The notes under the pieces were generated by a model. That model was not told the DNA's origin. It made no database searches and was given only the letters and a program-made list of their open reading frames with translations. From Gammaproteobacteria bacterium (GTDB taxonomy: Bacteria > Pseudomonadota > Gammaproteobacteria > GCA-001735895), in NCBI GenBank assembly GCA_030595795.1, contig JAUVCH010000003.1:1173-65172 (forward strand): 64,000 nucleotides of DNA, read 5' to 3'. The first letter of the stretch is position 1. Each line of letters opens with the position of its first letter. Positions 43,983-53,295 of the stretch are shown here, one piece after another. The translations under genes and the position numbers were made by a program.

Positions 43983-44588
43983 TTAAATGATTTTGTCCAT
44001 TCCATCAATGAACTCAGACTTACCACCAAATGAAGGGTGCCTGATATAAACAATAGTTTCATTTGGAAAGGCTTTTTTAGCACATTTGACTCCTTTCTCT
44101 CCTATGCCTGCAACAACTTCAGGCTTATATATTAAACGGAGCTTTTTTAAATAATTTATACCTATTTCAACCTCTCCAGAAGTTGGTGCCCTATTTTTAT
44201 TTTCATTGCCATTCGGATGAGGGTGAAATGGAAACGAGTTCCAAAATAGAGGCGTGTCTTTCTTCCTGGACAGGTACTCCCAAACGATTGTGGCTGTGTT
44301 CTCAGATTCGATCTTGCTAAGTTTAAGCCGACTGCCGATCTCCTTTAAAAGAGGATGATCAAATCTCTCAAAAGCTTTGCCACTAGTGAAAGGGATGCCA
44401 GTGATTTTGCATCCTTTATAGCCTGGAGCCTCTCCAACCAAAAGGACACGCTTACCTTCCATCTTGTTCATTGCGTTAAGGTACAAACGCAAATTATCAG
44501 CAATATCCTGATTTAAGTATGGATTGGTTACTGTTGAGGTATTTTTTTGCTTAGTCAACTCAGCGATAAATTCTTCAATTGAACTCAT
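43983..44588 (-). CDS. Uracil-DNA glycosylase superfamily protein (family 4/5-like motifs); AT-rich
   Basis: 201 aa with motif A VLLVGEAPGYKG and motif B YIRHPSFGG. Confidence 0.7.
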   Translation of the reverse strand: MSSIEEFIAELTKQKNTSTVTNPYLNQDIADNLRLYLNAMNKMEGKRVLLVGEAPGYKGCKITGIPFTSGKAFERFDHPLLKEIGSRLKLSKIESENTATIVWEYLSRKKDTPLFWNSFPFHPHPNGNENKNRAPTSGEVEIGINYLKKLRLIYKPEVVAGIGEKGVKCAKKAFPNETIVYIRHPSFGGKSEFIDGMDKII

Positions 44589-44614
44589 AAGCTCCCTTGT
44601 TCATTTAACAATTG

Positions 44615-45433
44615 CTAGCGCTTTTTCGCACACAAACGAATACCGCCCAGTTTTCCAGACTGAAAATGCCGGTCAACCGATGAATAAAATATTTTTAGTC
44701 CTTCTACCGTGGCTTCGCCGTGTACGCGAACGTGCCTGTCTCGATCATTGTTATAGTCTTTTAAGCGTTGATGGGTGAACGTCCCCCAGTCATCCGATAG
44801 TTCCTGACATTCGATTATTTCAAAACCACTTGCTTCAATCTGGCTTTGGTAATCATCCCAATCGGGCAATGTCACGGCGTATAATTCCTCGGCCAGATTC
44901 TGTTGCTCATCCTGGTTAAACGCTTTTCGCATATACAGATCTTCGGTATAAAACTGACCACCCGGTTTGAGTAACTGGTGACATCGTTTCAGCATTCTTT
45001 CACGGTCGGAAATATGGTATAGCGCTAGCCAACTGACTATCGCGTCGTAATATCTGGCCGAAAAATCGTAATCAAGAAAATCACCACACACATGTTGAGG
45101 GTTGCCGACAAGCCCACATCTTTCGCTTAGCTCTTGCGCCAGTTTATTTTGGTCCGGCTGTAACTCTAGCGCCTTGATCAACGCACCTGTTTTGTTGGCC
45201 AGATACCTGGCTGGGCCACCGATACCAGAACCAATTTCCAGAACTTCGTGACTAGAGTCTAGCGCCAGAACCTTAATAGCAATATCCAGCGCATCAGTAC
45301 CGTGATAGTGAAGCTGATCAAACCGACTCAGGGTATCGACGTCAAGCGATTCACTTTGCGCCAGACCAAGTTCCTTCAACTCGTTGTATATGCGTTCGAC
45401 ATTGGTATACAGCCGCATCGATTTAATCGTCAT
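44615..45433 (-). CDS. Class I SAM-dependent methyltransferase
   Basis: 272 aa with motif I VLEIGSGIGGPARYLA and an upstream DQLHYHGTDA element shared with the methyltransferase at 9051-9878 (DEFHIGGRIA). Confidence 0.8.
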   Translation of the reverse strand: MTIKSMRLYTNVERIYNELKELGLAQSESLDVDTLSRFDQLHYHGTDALDIAIKVLALDSSHEVLEIGSGIGGPARYLANKTGALIKALELQPDQNKLAQELSERCGLVGNPQHVCGDFLDYDFSARYYDAIVSWLALYHISDRERMLKRCHQLLKPGGQFYTEDLYMRKAFNQDEQQNLAEELYAVTLPDWDDYQSQIEASGFEIIECQELSDDWGTFTHQRLKDYNNDRDRHVRVHGEATVEGLKIFYSSVDRHFQSGKLGGIRLCAKKR

Positions 45434-45463
45434 TATTCAAGTCCTGGTTAGCGGATTAAACTC

Positions 45464-46663
45464 TCATTTACCCGTCAGTTCTTCGTGTTGCGGAATCGAC
45501 TGAAATTGCATAAAAAGACAAATAACCGCCGACACCAGCGCCAGCCCCGCCGCCAGTAAAAAAGCCCAACCCAGGTTAAACTCCCCGACCATTCCAGCAA
45601 ACAGAGCTCCTGCCATGCCAACGCCGTCGAGTACGGTAAAAACAATACCCAATGTCGTCGATTCGGACTTTCCAGAAAAATCCACCGCCGCGGCCAATAT
45701 CACCGGACGCACCGCAGTCAATAATGCCGCCGCTGGTAGCAAGCCGACGATCGCCCAGACCAGCGACGTGCTCATACCAGCGACATAGGCAAATAAGCAG
45801 CTAATCAGCAATATCCCCAGGATAATCGGTTTACGTCCTCGGCTATCCGTATAGTGTCCTAACATGGGCTGGCACAGAGCGCCAATCAACAGCATCGCCG
45901 CAAAGATTAATCCCGAATGAAAAGTCGATAACGCATGTTCGCTTTGCAGATATAGCGGCGTCATACCCAAAATTGCCATTAGTGACATATTGTAAAAAAT
46001 CATCATCGACACCAGTGCCATGCCGGTACCGGTCGACCAGTGTTTGATCAATGCTTTAAAATTGATATCGACCTTCCTGGAAACCGTGTTCCGTGTAATA
46101 CGCTTCGATATCGGAATAAATATCAGGCCCATCAAAACGGCGGGGATCACCAAAATTTGCAGACTGGTTTGCCAGTCGAAATAGCCGAGTAAAAACCCAG
46201 CCGCGAGCGGGCCCAGTACTTCGGCACCAATACTGCCGCCGACCGCATGGACGCCAAGCGCATGGGCGCGGCGATTGGGCATTTCTTTTACCAGCACTCC
46301 CGTCGCGACCGGATGCCAGAAGGCATCGCCCATCACTCCTACTGCCAGTAACAGTGTAATTGCCCAGAAACCCGGTACCAGGGTTGCCGATAAATAACCC
46401 AGAGCTACCCACCAGAAAGTTAATAGCATCAAATACCCCGGACGCGAAGAGCGATCAGCGATCACCCCTGCCGGAATATAAGCAAGGCCCGCACCGATAC
46501 CATTGATCGTCAGAATCAATCCCACTTCGGTCGGCCCAAGCCCCTGACTGGCGGCTATCGCAGGTGCAATCAACCAGATCGTGCCCGCGACCCAGTCATT
46601 GGTTAGATGACCAAAAAACAACGAGCCGAGTAAAAATTTTTGATGCTGGGAATGTTGTGACAC
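45464..46663 (-). CDS. MFS transporter
   Basis: 399 aa with 12 TM helices and the loop 2-3 motif GVIADRSSRPG. Confidence 0.85.
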   Translation of the reverse strand: MSQHSQHQKFLLGSLFFGHLTNDWVAGTIWLIAPAIAASQGLGPTEVGLILTINGIGAGLAYIPAGVIADRSSRPGYLMLLTFWWVALGYLSATLVPGFWAITLLLAVGVMGDAFWHPVATGVLVKEMPNRRAHALGVHAVGGSIGAEVLGPLAAGFLLGYFDWQTSLQILVIPAVLMGLIFIPISKRITRNTVSRKVDINFKALIKHWSTGTGMALVSMMIFYNMSLMAILGMTPLYLQSEHALSTFHSGLIFAAMLLIGALCQPMLGHYTDSRGRKPIILGILLISCLFAYVAGMSTSLVWAIVGLLPAAALLTAVRPVILAAAVDFSGKSESTTLGIVFTVLDGVGMAGALFAGMVGEFNLGWAFLLAAGLALVSAVICLFMQFQSIPQHEELTGK

Positions 46664-46668
46664 TGTTG

Positions 46669-48012
46669 TTAAAGCTCCCTCGAATCCATTGCCGACAGTA
46701 TTCTCGGATAATAAAACCCCAGAGTAATCGCCCGCAACACCATAAACAGGCTTAGGCCTAAAAACAATCCATGATTACCCAACCAGGGAATGAGCAAACT
46801 CATCGCGGCGAGATAAAGTGCCGTCGCTAGAATCATGGCGTTGCGCATTTCTCGACTAAAGCCAGTGCCAATAAAAATACCATCGAGCTGAAAACTCCAG
46901 ATCGACAATAATGGCAAGCCGACTAGCCAGGGCAGATAAATGGTCGCCGTTTCGAGCACCGACTCAATGCCGGTAAATAAACCGATGATCAACTCTCCTA
47001 AAAACAGATAAACCAGGCTCATCAATGCCGCAATGATCAATGCCCACAAACTGGTTAATCTTACTGCTCGTTTAAATGCCTCTCGACGCGTCGCCCCATA
47101 GGCACTACCCGTTAACGCCTCGGCTGCGTGTGCGAAACCATCCAGCCCATAGGCCAGTATACTTTGCAGATGCATTAATATCGCATTTGCGGCCAGCACC
47201 ACTTCGCCCATGCGAGCGCTTTGTGCGGTGAAATATGCGAACGAAAAAGTCAGACAAAGGGTACGGATAAAAATATCGCCGTTAGTACGCATCAGCGCCA
47301 GCAAAGCCTGCTTATCAAATAAGCTCGGATAGCTTATTTTTTGTATTGCTGTTTTAATCTGCTTACGGAGTAGATAAAAGCCGACACTCGCCGCCAGATA
47401 TTCGGCAATCAGGGTCGCCACAGCTACGCCCTCTACGCCGAGATCAAGACCGACAACAAAAAAAATATCGAGTGCAACATTAGTAACATTCAAGATAAAC
47501 TGAAGAACGAATACCTGACGGGTATTGTGCATACCGATAAAAATGCCAGTAAACACATAAATACAGAGTGTCGCCGGGGCGCTCCAGATTCGAATATAGG
47601 CGTAATCGGCTGTTAGTTGCTCTACCTGATCGCTGCTATCGAGTATAACTAAGGCAAACTCGATCAGAGGAACACTCAAAAATATCGTCACAACGCCAAG
47701 GACCAACGCCAGCAGAATGACTCGTAACAAAGTTTCTGATAATGCCCGGTTATCACCAGCGCCAAAGGCACGCGCGATAAACCCGGTCGTACCCATGCGC
47801 AGAAAACCGAAACTCCAGAATATAAACCCAAATATCAACGCACCTAGCGCCACTGCGCCAATCGCTGCCGGGTCGGGTAAATGACCAACGACCGCAGTAT
47901 CGACCGCACCCACTAGCGGTACCGATACATTAGACAGCATAATTGGCCCGGCGAGCATCCAGACCTGACGGTGGCTCAACGGTTTAGTTCGATTCACTTC
48001 AGGCCTCGGCAC
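46669..48012 (-). CDS. MATE-family efflux transporter (DinF-like)
   Basis: 447 aa with 12 TM helices and the N-terminus VWMLAGPIMLSNVSVPLVGAVDTAVVGHL. Confidence 0.9.
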   Translation of the reverse strand: MPRPEVNRTKPLSHRQVWMLAGPIMLSNVSVPLVGAVDTAVVGHLPDPAAIGAVALGALIFGFIFWSFGFLRMGTTGFIARAFGAGDNRALSETLLRVILLALVLGVVTIFLSVPLIEFALVILDSSDQVEQLTADYAYIRIWSAPATLCIYVFTGIFIGMHNTRQVFVLQFILNVTNVALDIFFVVGLDLGVEGVAVATLIAEYLAASVGFYLLRKQIKTAIQKISYPSLFDKQALLALMRTNGDIFIRTLCLTFSFAYFTAQSARMGEVVLAANAILMHLQSILAYGLDGFAHAAEALTGSAYGATRREAFKRAVRLTSLWALIIAALMSLVYLFLGELIIGLFTGIESVLETATIYLPWLVGLPLLSIWSFQLDGIFIGTGFSREMRNAMILATALYLAAMSLLIPWLGNHGLFLGLSLFMVLRAITLGFYYPRILSAMDSREL

Positions 48013-48023
48013 CGAAGGTCTGG

Positions 48024-49286
48024 CTACGAGCCAGATTTGTCCTTATCGGAGGTCCCGACTTTTTCAGGTCTTTCGTCATGCGCAGACAGGTACAGTTGGT
48101 TCGAAGTCGCCTGTGTCGAAGGCACGACAACGAATGGCTTACGTTTATCCGGACTACCATCACGGCGACGTTTTAATATGGCAAACATCGACAAAAACAA
48201 ACTGACCAGAGCAAAATAAAAGAACAGACCTTGTGGGCCGAGTAACCCCATGAACTGTCCTGCTACGATGGGGCCAATGCTGGCACCTGCGCCATAAGTG
48301 ATCAGCAGAGCACCCGCTAACTGTACGCGTTGATCGGATCCGATCATGTCATTCGCGGTTGCTGCGGACAGCGAGTAAACCGTAAACACAAATGCGCCGA
48401 AGACTGCAGCGCCAACCAGGACAAATACGAACTCGGTCACCAATACTAAAGAGGCGGCAGCTATCGCGACGACAACCGGGACAATTACCAGTAATGGTCC
48501 GCGGCCTATACGATCAGACAATCGACCTATCGGCCATTGTAGGAAAAGACCGCTGGTAATCAGGGTAGCCATAAATAATGACAGACTCGTTTTCGACAAA
48601 CCGATATTGGTAGCGAATACAGGACCTAATCCATGCACGCTCGAATTCACCAATCCACTGCAAAACACACCTATTACACCCAGAGGCGCGAGTCGGTAAA
48701 TTTCAATCAGCGGCATACGCTTCGACTTTATTGGCACCGGCGCACGCGCTCGAGTCAGCAACACCGGCAGCAAGGCTAGCGAAAACAATACTGAGGCGAG
48801 ACTGAATAAATGATATTCGGAAGGGTCACCAACCGATAATAAAAATTGCCCGCTACCCGCCGCCAGATAATTAGTGATCATATAAAAAGACAGCAATTGA
48901 CCACGGTTATGATTACTCGCGCTTTCGTTAAGCCAGCTTTCGGTCACCATAATCATGCCCGCCATACAAAAACCGGACATCATGCGCAACAGCATCCAGC
49001 CGCCTGCGGATATCCAGAGAGGGTGCAGTAGAGCCGATATCGACATCAATGAAGCAAACGCCGCAAAGGAACGAATATGACCTACCCGGGTGACCACTCG
49101 TCCCGCGAACATGCCGCCAAATAACAGCCCCAGGAAGTAAGAGGCTACAATAAAACCTACCAGATCGGTGCCAAATCCTTCGACCTGAGTGCGCACACCG
49201 AGCAGAGTCGAAAACAGGCCATTAGCCAGCAAAAGTATGCCATAGCTAAGCAATAACGAAAAAACAGTACCCAGGGTTCGATACAA
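48024..49286 (-). CDS. MFS transporter (YcaD-like subgroup); paralogue of 55609-56889
   Basis: 420 aa. It shows clear similarity to the other MFS gene (e.g. VGHIRSFAAFASL / VGHIRVFAALAAL; SGFCMAGMIMVTESWLNESASN / SGFCFAGLYIVAESWLNDRASN). Confidence 0.85.
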   Translation of the reverse strand: MYRTLGTVFSLLLSYGILLLANGLFSTLLGVRTQVEGFGTDLVGFIVASYFLGLLFGGMFAGRVVTRVGHIRSFAAFASLMSISALLHPLWISAGGWMLLRMMSGFCMAGMIMVTESWLNESASNHNRGQLLSFYMITNYLAAGSGQFLLSVGDPSEYHLFSLASVLFSLALLPVLLTRARAPVPIKSKRMPLIEIYRLAPLGVIGVFCSGLVNSSVHGLGPVFATNIGLSKTSLSLFMATLITSGLFLQWPIGRLSDRIGRGPLLVIVPVVVAIAAASLVLVTEFVFVLVGAAVFGAFVFTVYSLSAATANDMIGSDQRVQLAGALLITYGAGASIGPIVAGQFMGLLGPQGLFFYFALVSLFLSMFAILKRRRDGSPDKRKPFVVVPSTQATSNQLYLSAHDERPEKVGTSDKDKSGS

Positions 49287-49653
49287 CGAAGATATTCCGG
49301 TGAGATTTTGATGCGAACTCTATATTAAACTGCGAGATATATCATCCCGAACCGGCCTAATTATTTGTCGATGACGATAGTGTTTACCAAAATCACCATG
49401 ATGAAATTTGACAACCACATAATAAGCACTTAAGTTCTCTTACCAGGCCGATAAGAAATGAACGTTCACTCTGGGTTAATTGTTATGATATATTATCGGG
49501 AAAGTCGATCAGCTTAATTAGAAAATCAATTGCTCAGCGGAATCGGCGGTTTAAAAATACCTGTGCATGCTACATGCGCTAGCCCAATCAGACTTATGTG
49601 AATTCATCTCACCTAGGCTGATTAATAAAGTAATTCCTGTTGGAGGAGATAAG

Positions 49654-51282
49654 ATGAAAGATAAAAAGATACTAGATCACGAACTGAAATATCAGGATCT
49701 TGATCACGTCGATAAAGGCCGCGTCGAGAAGATCCTGGCTGGTAATAAAGGTTACAGCCGTCGTGACGCTATCAAATTAGCAGCCGCTACAGGTGTTACC
49801 CTCGCAGTTGCAGAAAATATGCTAATTTCTGGTAATAAGGCCATCGCTGCCACACCTAAGAAGGGTGGCTCGGTTCGCATGGCAAACCCAGTACACGGTC
49901 CCGATGACCAGACAGATCCAATGATGTTTACCTCGGGTATCGATTACGCCCGTGGCCGTGCTGTCTATAACGGCCTGGTTCAGCATGCCGATGACCTGTC
50001 ACCGCAACCCGAGCTGGCGGCTTCATTTGAACCGAATAGCGACGCAACCGAGTGGACATTCAAGCTGCGCAAGGGTGTCGAATGGCACGATGGCACGAAG
50101 TTCACCGCCGACGATGTTGTCTGGAGTATGAACCGTCATCTCAGCGATGATTCAACTTCGGTCATAAAATCTGTATTGTCGACAATCAAGGAATGGAAGA
50201 AAGTAGGAACGCACGAAGTCAAGGCGGTTATGCATTCATCGAATTCTGACTTGCCTACCTTGCTTGGCATGTTTCAGAACAAAGTCATCAAAAATGGCAC
50301 CACGGGTGACTGGATCGGAACCGGCCCATTCACTATGGAATCGTTTCAGCCCGGTGTAAAGTCGGTGCATAAGCGCAATGAAAACTACTGGCGCGAAGGT
50401 GCGAATCTCGATGCCTGTGAAATAACCGCAATCACCGATCCGGTAGCGCGTGTCAACGCCTTGATTGCGGGCGACATTCAGATTATGGCAAACGTCGACC
50501 CTAAAGCCTTCCGCCAGGTCGAGTCGGCCGACGGGGTAACGCTGCTGTCAACACCTGCTGCATCGCAGCTCGGAATTTGTATTCTGAAGAATGCCAAACC
50601 GGGTGAGGACGATGATTTTGTCAAGGGTATGCAATACATTCAGGATCGCGAGCGCATAGTCAAACGTATTCTCAAAGGCAAGGGTGTGGTTGGTAACGAT
50701 ACACCCGTTTCTGGCGCGCATGGCTCAGACTGGTGTTCCGAGCTTCCACAACGTGAATTCGATCCAGACAAGGCTAAATTCCATTTCAAGAAGTCAGGTT
50801 ACAGTGGCGCGGAACTTTTCGTAGCACCGGTAACTGCGGGTATCGAAGACACTTGCCTGCTAGCCCAGGCAAACTGCGCCAAGATCGGCTTCGACCTGAA
50901 ATTGAAAAAAGTGCCCAACGATGGTTATTGGGGTGCGGTATGGATGAAAGAACCACTCAACGTGGTAACCTGGAACATGCGACCAACGGCCAACTCGCAG
51001 ATGGCAATTCAGTTTGGCCCTGGTGGTAACTGGAATGATACCTTCTGGAATAATAAGCGCATGGGCGAACTGCTAAGCCTGTCTTTGGCAGAAACCGATC
51101 CGGCCAAGCGTCACGCACACTATTGCGAAATGCAAACACTGATTCACAACGGCAGCGGCATGGTGATTCCAGCCTTCACTAATATTAATGATGGTATTCG
51201 CAATAATGTTATGGATATGCCTAAAGTACCACTAGGTCAATGTGGTGCTATGGAATGGCCTGAGCGCATCTGGCTGGCCTAG
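49654..51282 (+). CDS. ABC transporter substrate-binding protein, family 5 (peptide/opine/nickel type), twin-arginine-like leader
   Basis: The ATG at 49654 follows GGAGGAGATAAG. The leader is SRRDAIKLAAATGVTLAV, and family-5 blocks are present (WTFKLRKGVEWHDGTKFTADDV, NENYW). Confidence 0.9.
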   Translation: MKDKKILDHELKYQDLDHVDKGRVEKILAGNKGYSRRDAIKLAAATGVTLAVAENMLISGNKAIAATPKKGGSVRMANPVHGPDDQTDPMMFTSGIDYARGRAVYNGLVQHADDLSPQPELAASFEPNSDATEWTFKLRKGVEWHDGTKFTADDVVWSMNRHLSDDSTSVIKSVLSTIKEWKKVGTHEVKAVMHSSNSDLPTLLGMFQNKVIKNGTTGDWIGTGPFTMESFQPGVKSVHKRNENYWREGANLDACEITAITDPVARVNALIAGDIQIMANVDPKAFRQVESADGVTLLSTPAASQLGICILKNAKPGEDDDFVKGMQYIQDRERIVKRILKGKGVVGNDTPVSGAHGSDWCSELPQREFDPDKAKFHFKKSGYSGAELFVAPVTAGIEDTCLLAQANCAKIGFDLKLKKVPNDGYWGAVWMKEPLNVVTWNMRPTANSQMAIQFGPGGNWNDTFWNNKRMGELLSLSLAETDPAKRHAHYCEMQTLIHNGSGMVIPAFTNINDGIRNNVMDMPKVPLGQCGAMEWPERIWLA

Positions 51283-51308
51283 TAATAATGTACCTGAGTG
51301 TCTAATTA

Positions 51309-51345
51309 AGGCCTGTATGAATCTTATTCATACAGGCCTTTTTTA
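51309..51345 (+). terminator. Rho-independent terminator/attenuator after the binding-protein gene
   Basis: AGGCCTGTATGAAT / ATTCATACAGGCCT form a perfect 14-bp stem with a 3-nt loop, followed by TTTTTTAT. Confidence 0.75.
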
Positions 51346-51379
51346 TTACGATAATTCCTTGTCGAAGGAGATATAACAA

Positions 51380-52330
51380 ATGATGAAGCAAATGGTGTTG
51401 CAACGGATTGCAATTGGTTTCGCCACCTTAGCGGTGGTTTCGGTTATCGTTTTCATTATGACCAGTTGGTTACCGGGCGACGTCGCTTCGATCATACTGG
51501 GGCAGGCTGCAACGCCCGAGACGCTGGCGGCACTTCGAGCCCAACTGGGCACGGATCAACCTCTGATAATTCAGTATTTCAGTTGGCTTGGCAATATGAT
51601 GACGGGTGATCTCGGAATATCCAAGGCGGGTGGCGCCACGATTTCCAGTTTAATCAGTAGCCGAATCGGCAACACCATGATGATGGCGGGCCTGGTTGCA
51701 TTGATTTCGATTCCGATTTCGATATCGCTGGGTCTTTTTGCAGCAATGCACCCAGGTACATCACTGGATCGCATGGTCACCTTCGGTACCCTGAGCACCA
51801 TTTCTGTTCCAGAATTCTTTATTGCTACCATACTGGTGCTAATACTGGCGGTCAATTTGCACTGGTTGCCTTCAACAACCTATTTGACCGGTGATGAAAC
51901 ATTAGGGCAGTTATTAAAAGCGATCGCGATGCCACTATTCACGCTGGTCATAGTCGTTTCCGCACAAATGATTCGAATGACACGAGCCGGGATACTCAAC
52001 GTCATGAATTCGCCTTATATTGAAATGGCGATATTAAAAGGTGTACCCAGAAAGCGGATTATTCTACGCCATGCATTTTTTAATGCCATCGGCCCAATCG
52101 TTAATGTTATTGCCTTGAACCTCGCCTATTTAGTCAGTGGCGTGGTAATCGTAGAAACTATATTTTCGTATCCTGGACTGGCGAAACTGATGATCGATGC
52201 CGTACAGACTCGTGATCTGCCTTTGGTGCAGGCCTGTGCAATGATATTTTGTGGTGTATACGTTGTACTCATTATATTGGCAGACGTCGCGTCGATACTT
52301 TCCAATCCACGGCTTAGACAGCCCAAATAG
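51380..52330 (+). CDS. ABC transporter permease (DppB/GsiC-like)
   Basis: 316 aa with the N-terminus QRIAIGFATLAVVSVIVF and the EAA-loop region YIEMAILKGVPRKRIILRHAF. Confidence 0.9.
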   Translation: MMKQMVLQRIAIGFATLAVVSVIVFIMTSWLPGDVASIILGQAATPETLAALRAQLGTDQPLIIQYFSWLGNMMTGDLGISKAGGATISSLISSRIGNTMMMAGLVALISIPISISLGLFAAMHPGTSLDRMVTFGTLSTISVPEFFIATILVLILAVNLHWLPSTTYLTGDETLGQLLKAIAMPLFTLVIVVSAQMIRMTRAGILNVMNSPYIEMAILKGVPRKRIILRHAFFNAIGPIVNVIALNLAYLVSGVVIVETIFSYPGLAKLMIDAVQTRDLPLVQACAMIFCGVYVVLIILADVASILSNPRLRQPK

Positions 52331-52347
52331 GCCGCGAGGATAAAAAA

Positions 52348-53292
52348 ATGACTGAAGAAACACATTTAAAAGAAGAAGATGTAATCGCCAAGCTGGATGC
52401 TTTTGCAGAGTTACCCGATGCCCCACCAAAACGAAGAATTAAACTGTCGTGGATAGGAAAGGCTTCGGTGGCAGTTGTCGTGTTCTGGTTAGTGATTGTT
52501 GCGATTGGCCCGTCGATAGCGCCTTTTCATGAAATGGATATGGATGGCGATGACAGCTTCCTGAGTTACGGTGAAGACGAAGACGGAGGTCTTCTCACTA
52601 ACGAATATGGCACCTTTTATCTCGGCACCGACTACATCGGTAGAGATACCCTCTCTCGTATCTTATTTGGTGCCAGAAACACAATTGGTATCTCGCTGCT
52701 GGCCACGCTGCTGGCCTATCTAATGGGTATTACGCTCGGTATTTTGGCTGCGGTCAAAGGAGGGTGGATTGACATGGGGATTAGCCGGGTTAACGATGCC
52801 ATTCTGGCTTTACCGACGATCATGCTCGGTTTGATAGTCATAGCTGCTTTCGGATCGTCGATAATTGTTCTGATACTGACAGCCGCGGTGATATACGCAA
52901 CCAGCGTATTTCGCATCGCGCGAGCACTCGGTCAGGACATTATGGTACAGGATTTTGTCGAAGCAGCTCACGCCCGTGGTGAAGGTATCTGGTGGATAAT
53001 CAAATCAGAAGTGTTGCCCAACGCGGCAATGCCGCTGGCGACCGATTTTGGTTTACGGCTGGTATTCGTGGTGCTATTCATATCCAGCCTGAGTTTCCTC
53101 GGGCTTGGTATACAGCCGCCTGCATCCGACTGGGGTAGCATGGTACGCGATAATTTACAGGGATTGACATACGGGTCTTATGCCGCAATCTGGCCTGCAG
53201 TTGCGATTGCTTCATTCACCATCGCGATTAATCTTATCGTAGACGATATTTCCGCCAAGTCTGGCGGCAGTCTCGCAAAGAAAATGGTGTAG
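52348..53292 (+). CDS. ABC transporter permease (DppC/GsiD-like)
   Basis: 314 aa with LGTDYIGRDTLSRILFGARNT and the EAA loop DFVEAAHARGEG. Confidence 0.9.
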   Translation: MTEETHLKEEDVIAKLDAFAELPDAPPKRRIKLSWIGKASVAVVVFWLVIVAIGPSIAPFHEMDMDGDDSFLSYGEDEDGGLLTNEYGTFYLGTDYIGRDTLSRILFGARNTIGISLLATLLAYLMGITLGILAAVKGGWIDMGISRVNDAILALPTIMLGLIVIAAFGSSIIVLILTAAVIYATSVFRIARALGQDIMVQDFVEAAHARGEGIWWIIKSEVLPNAAMPLATDFGLRLVFVVLFISSLSFLGLGIQPPASDWGSMVRDNLQGLTYGSYAAIWPAVAIASFTIAINLIVDDISAKSGGSLAKKMV

Positions 53293-53295
53293 ACA

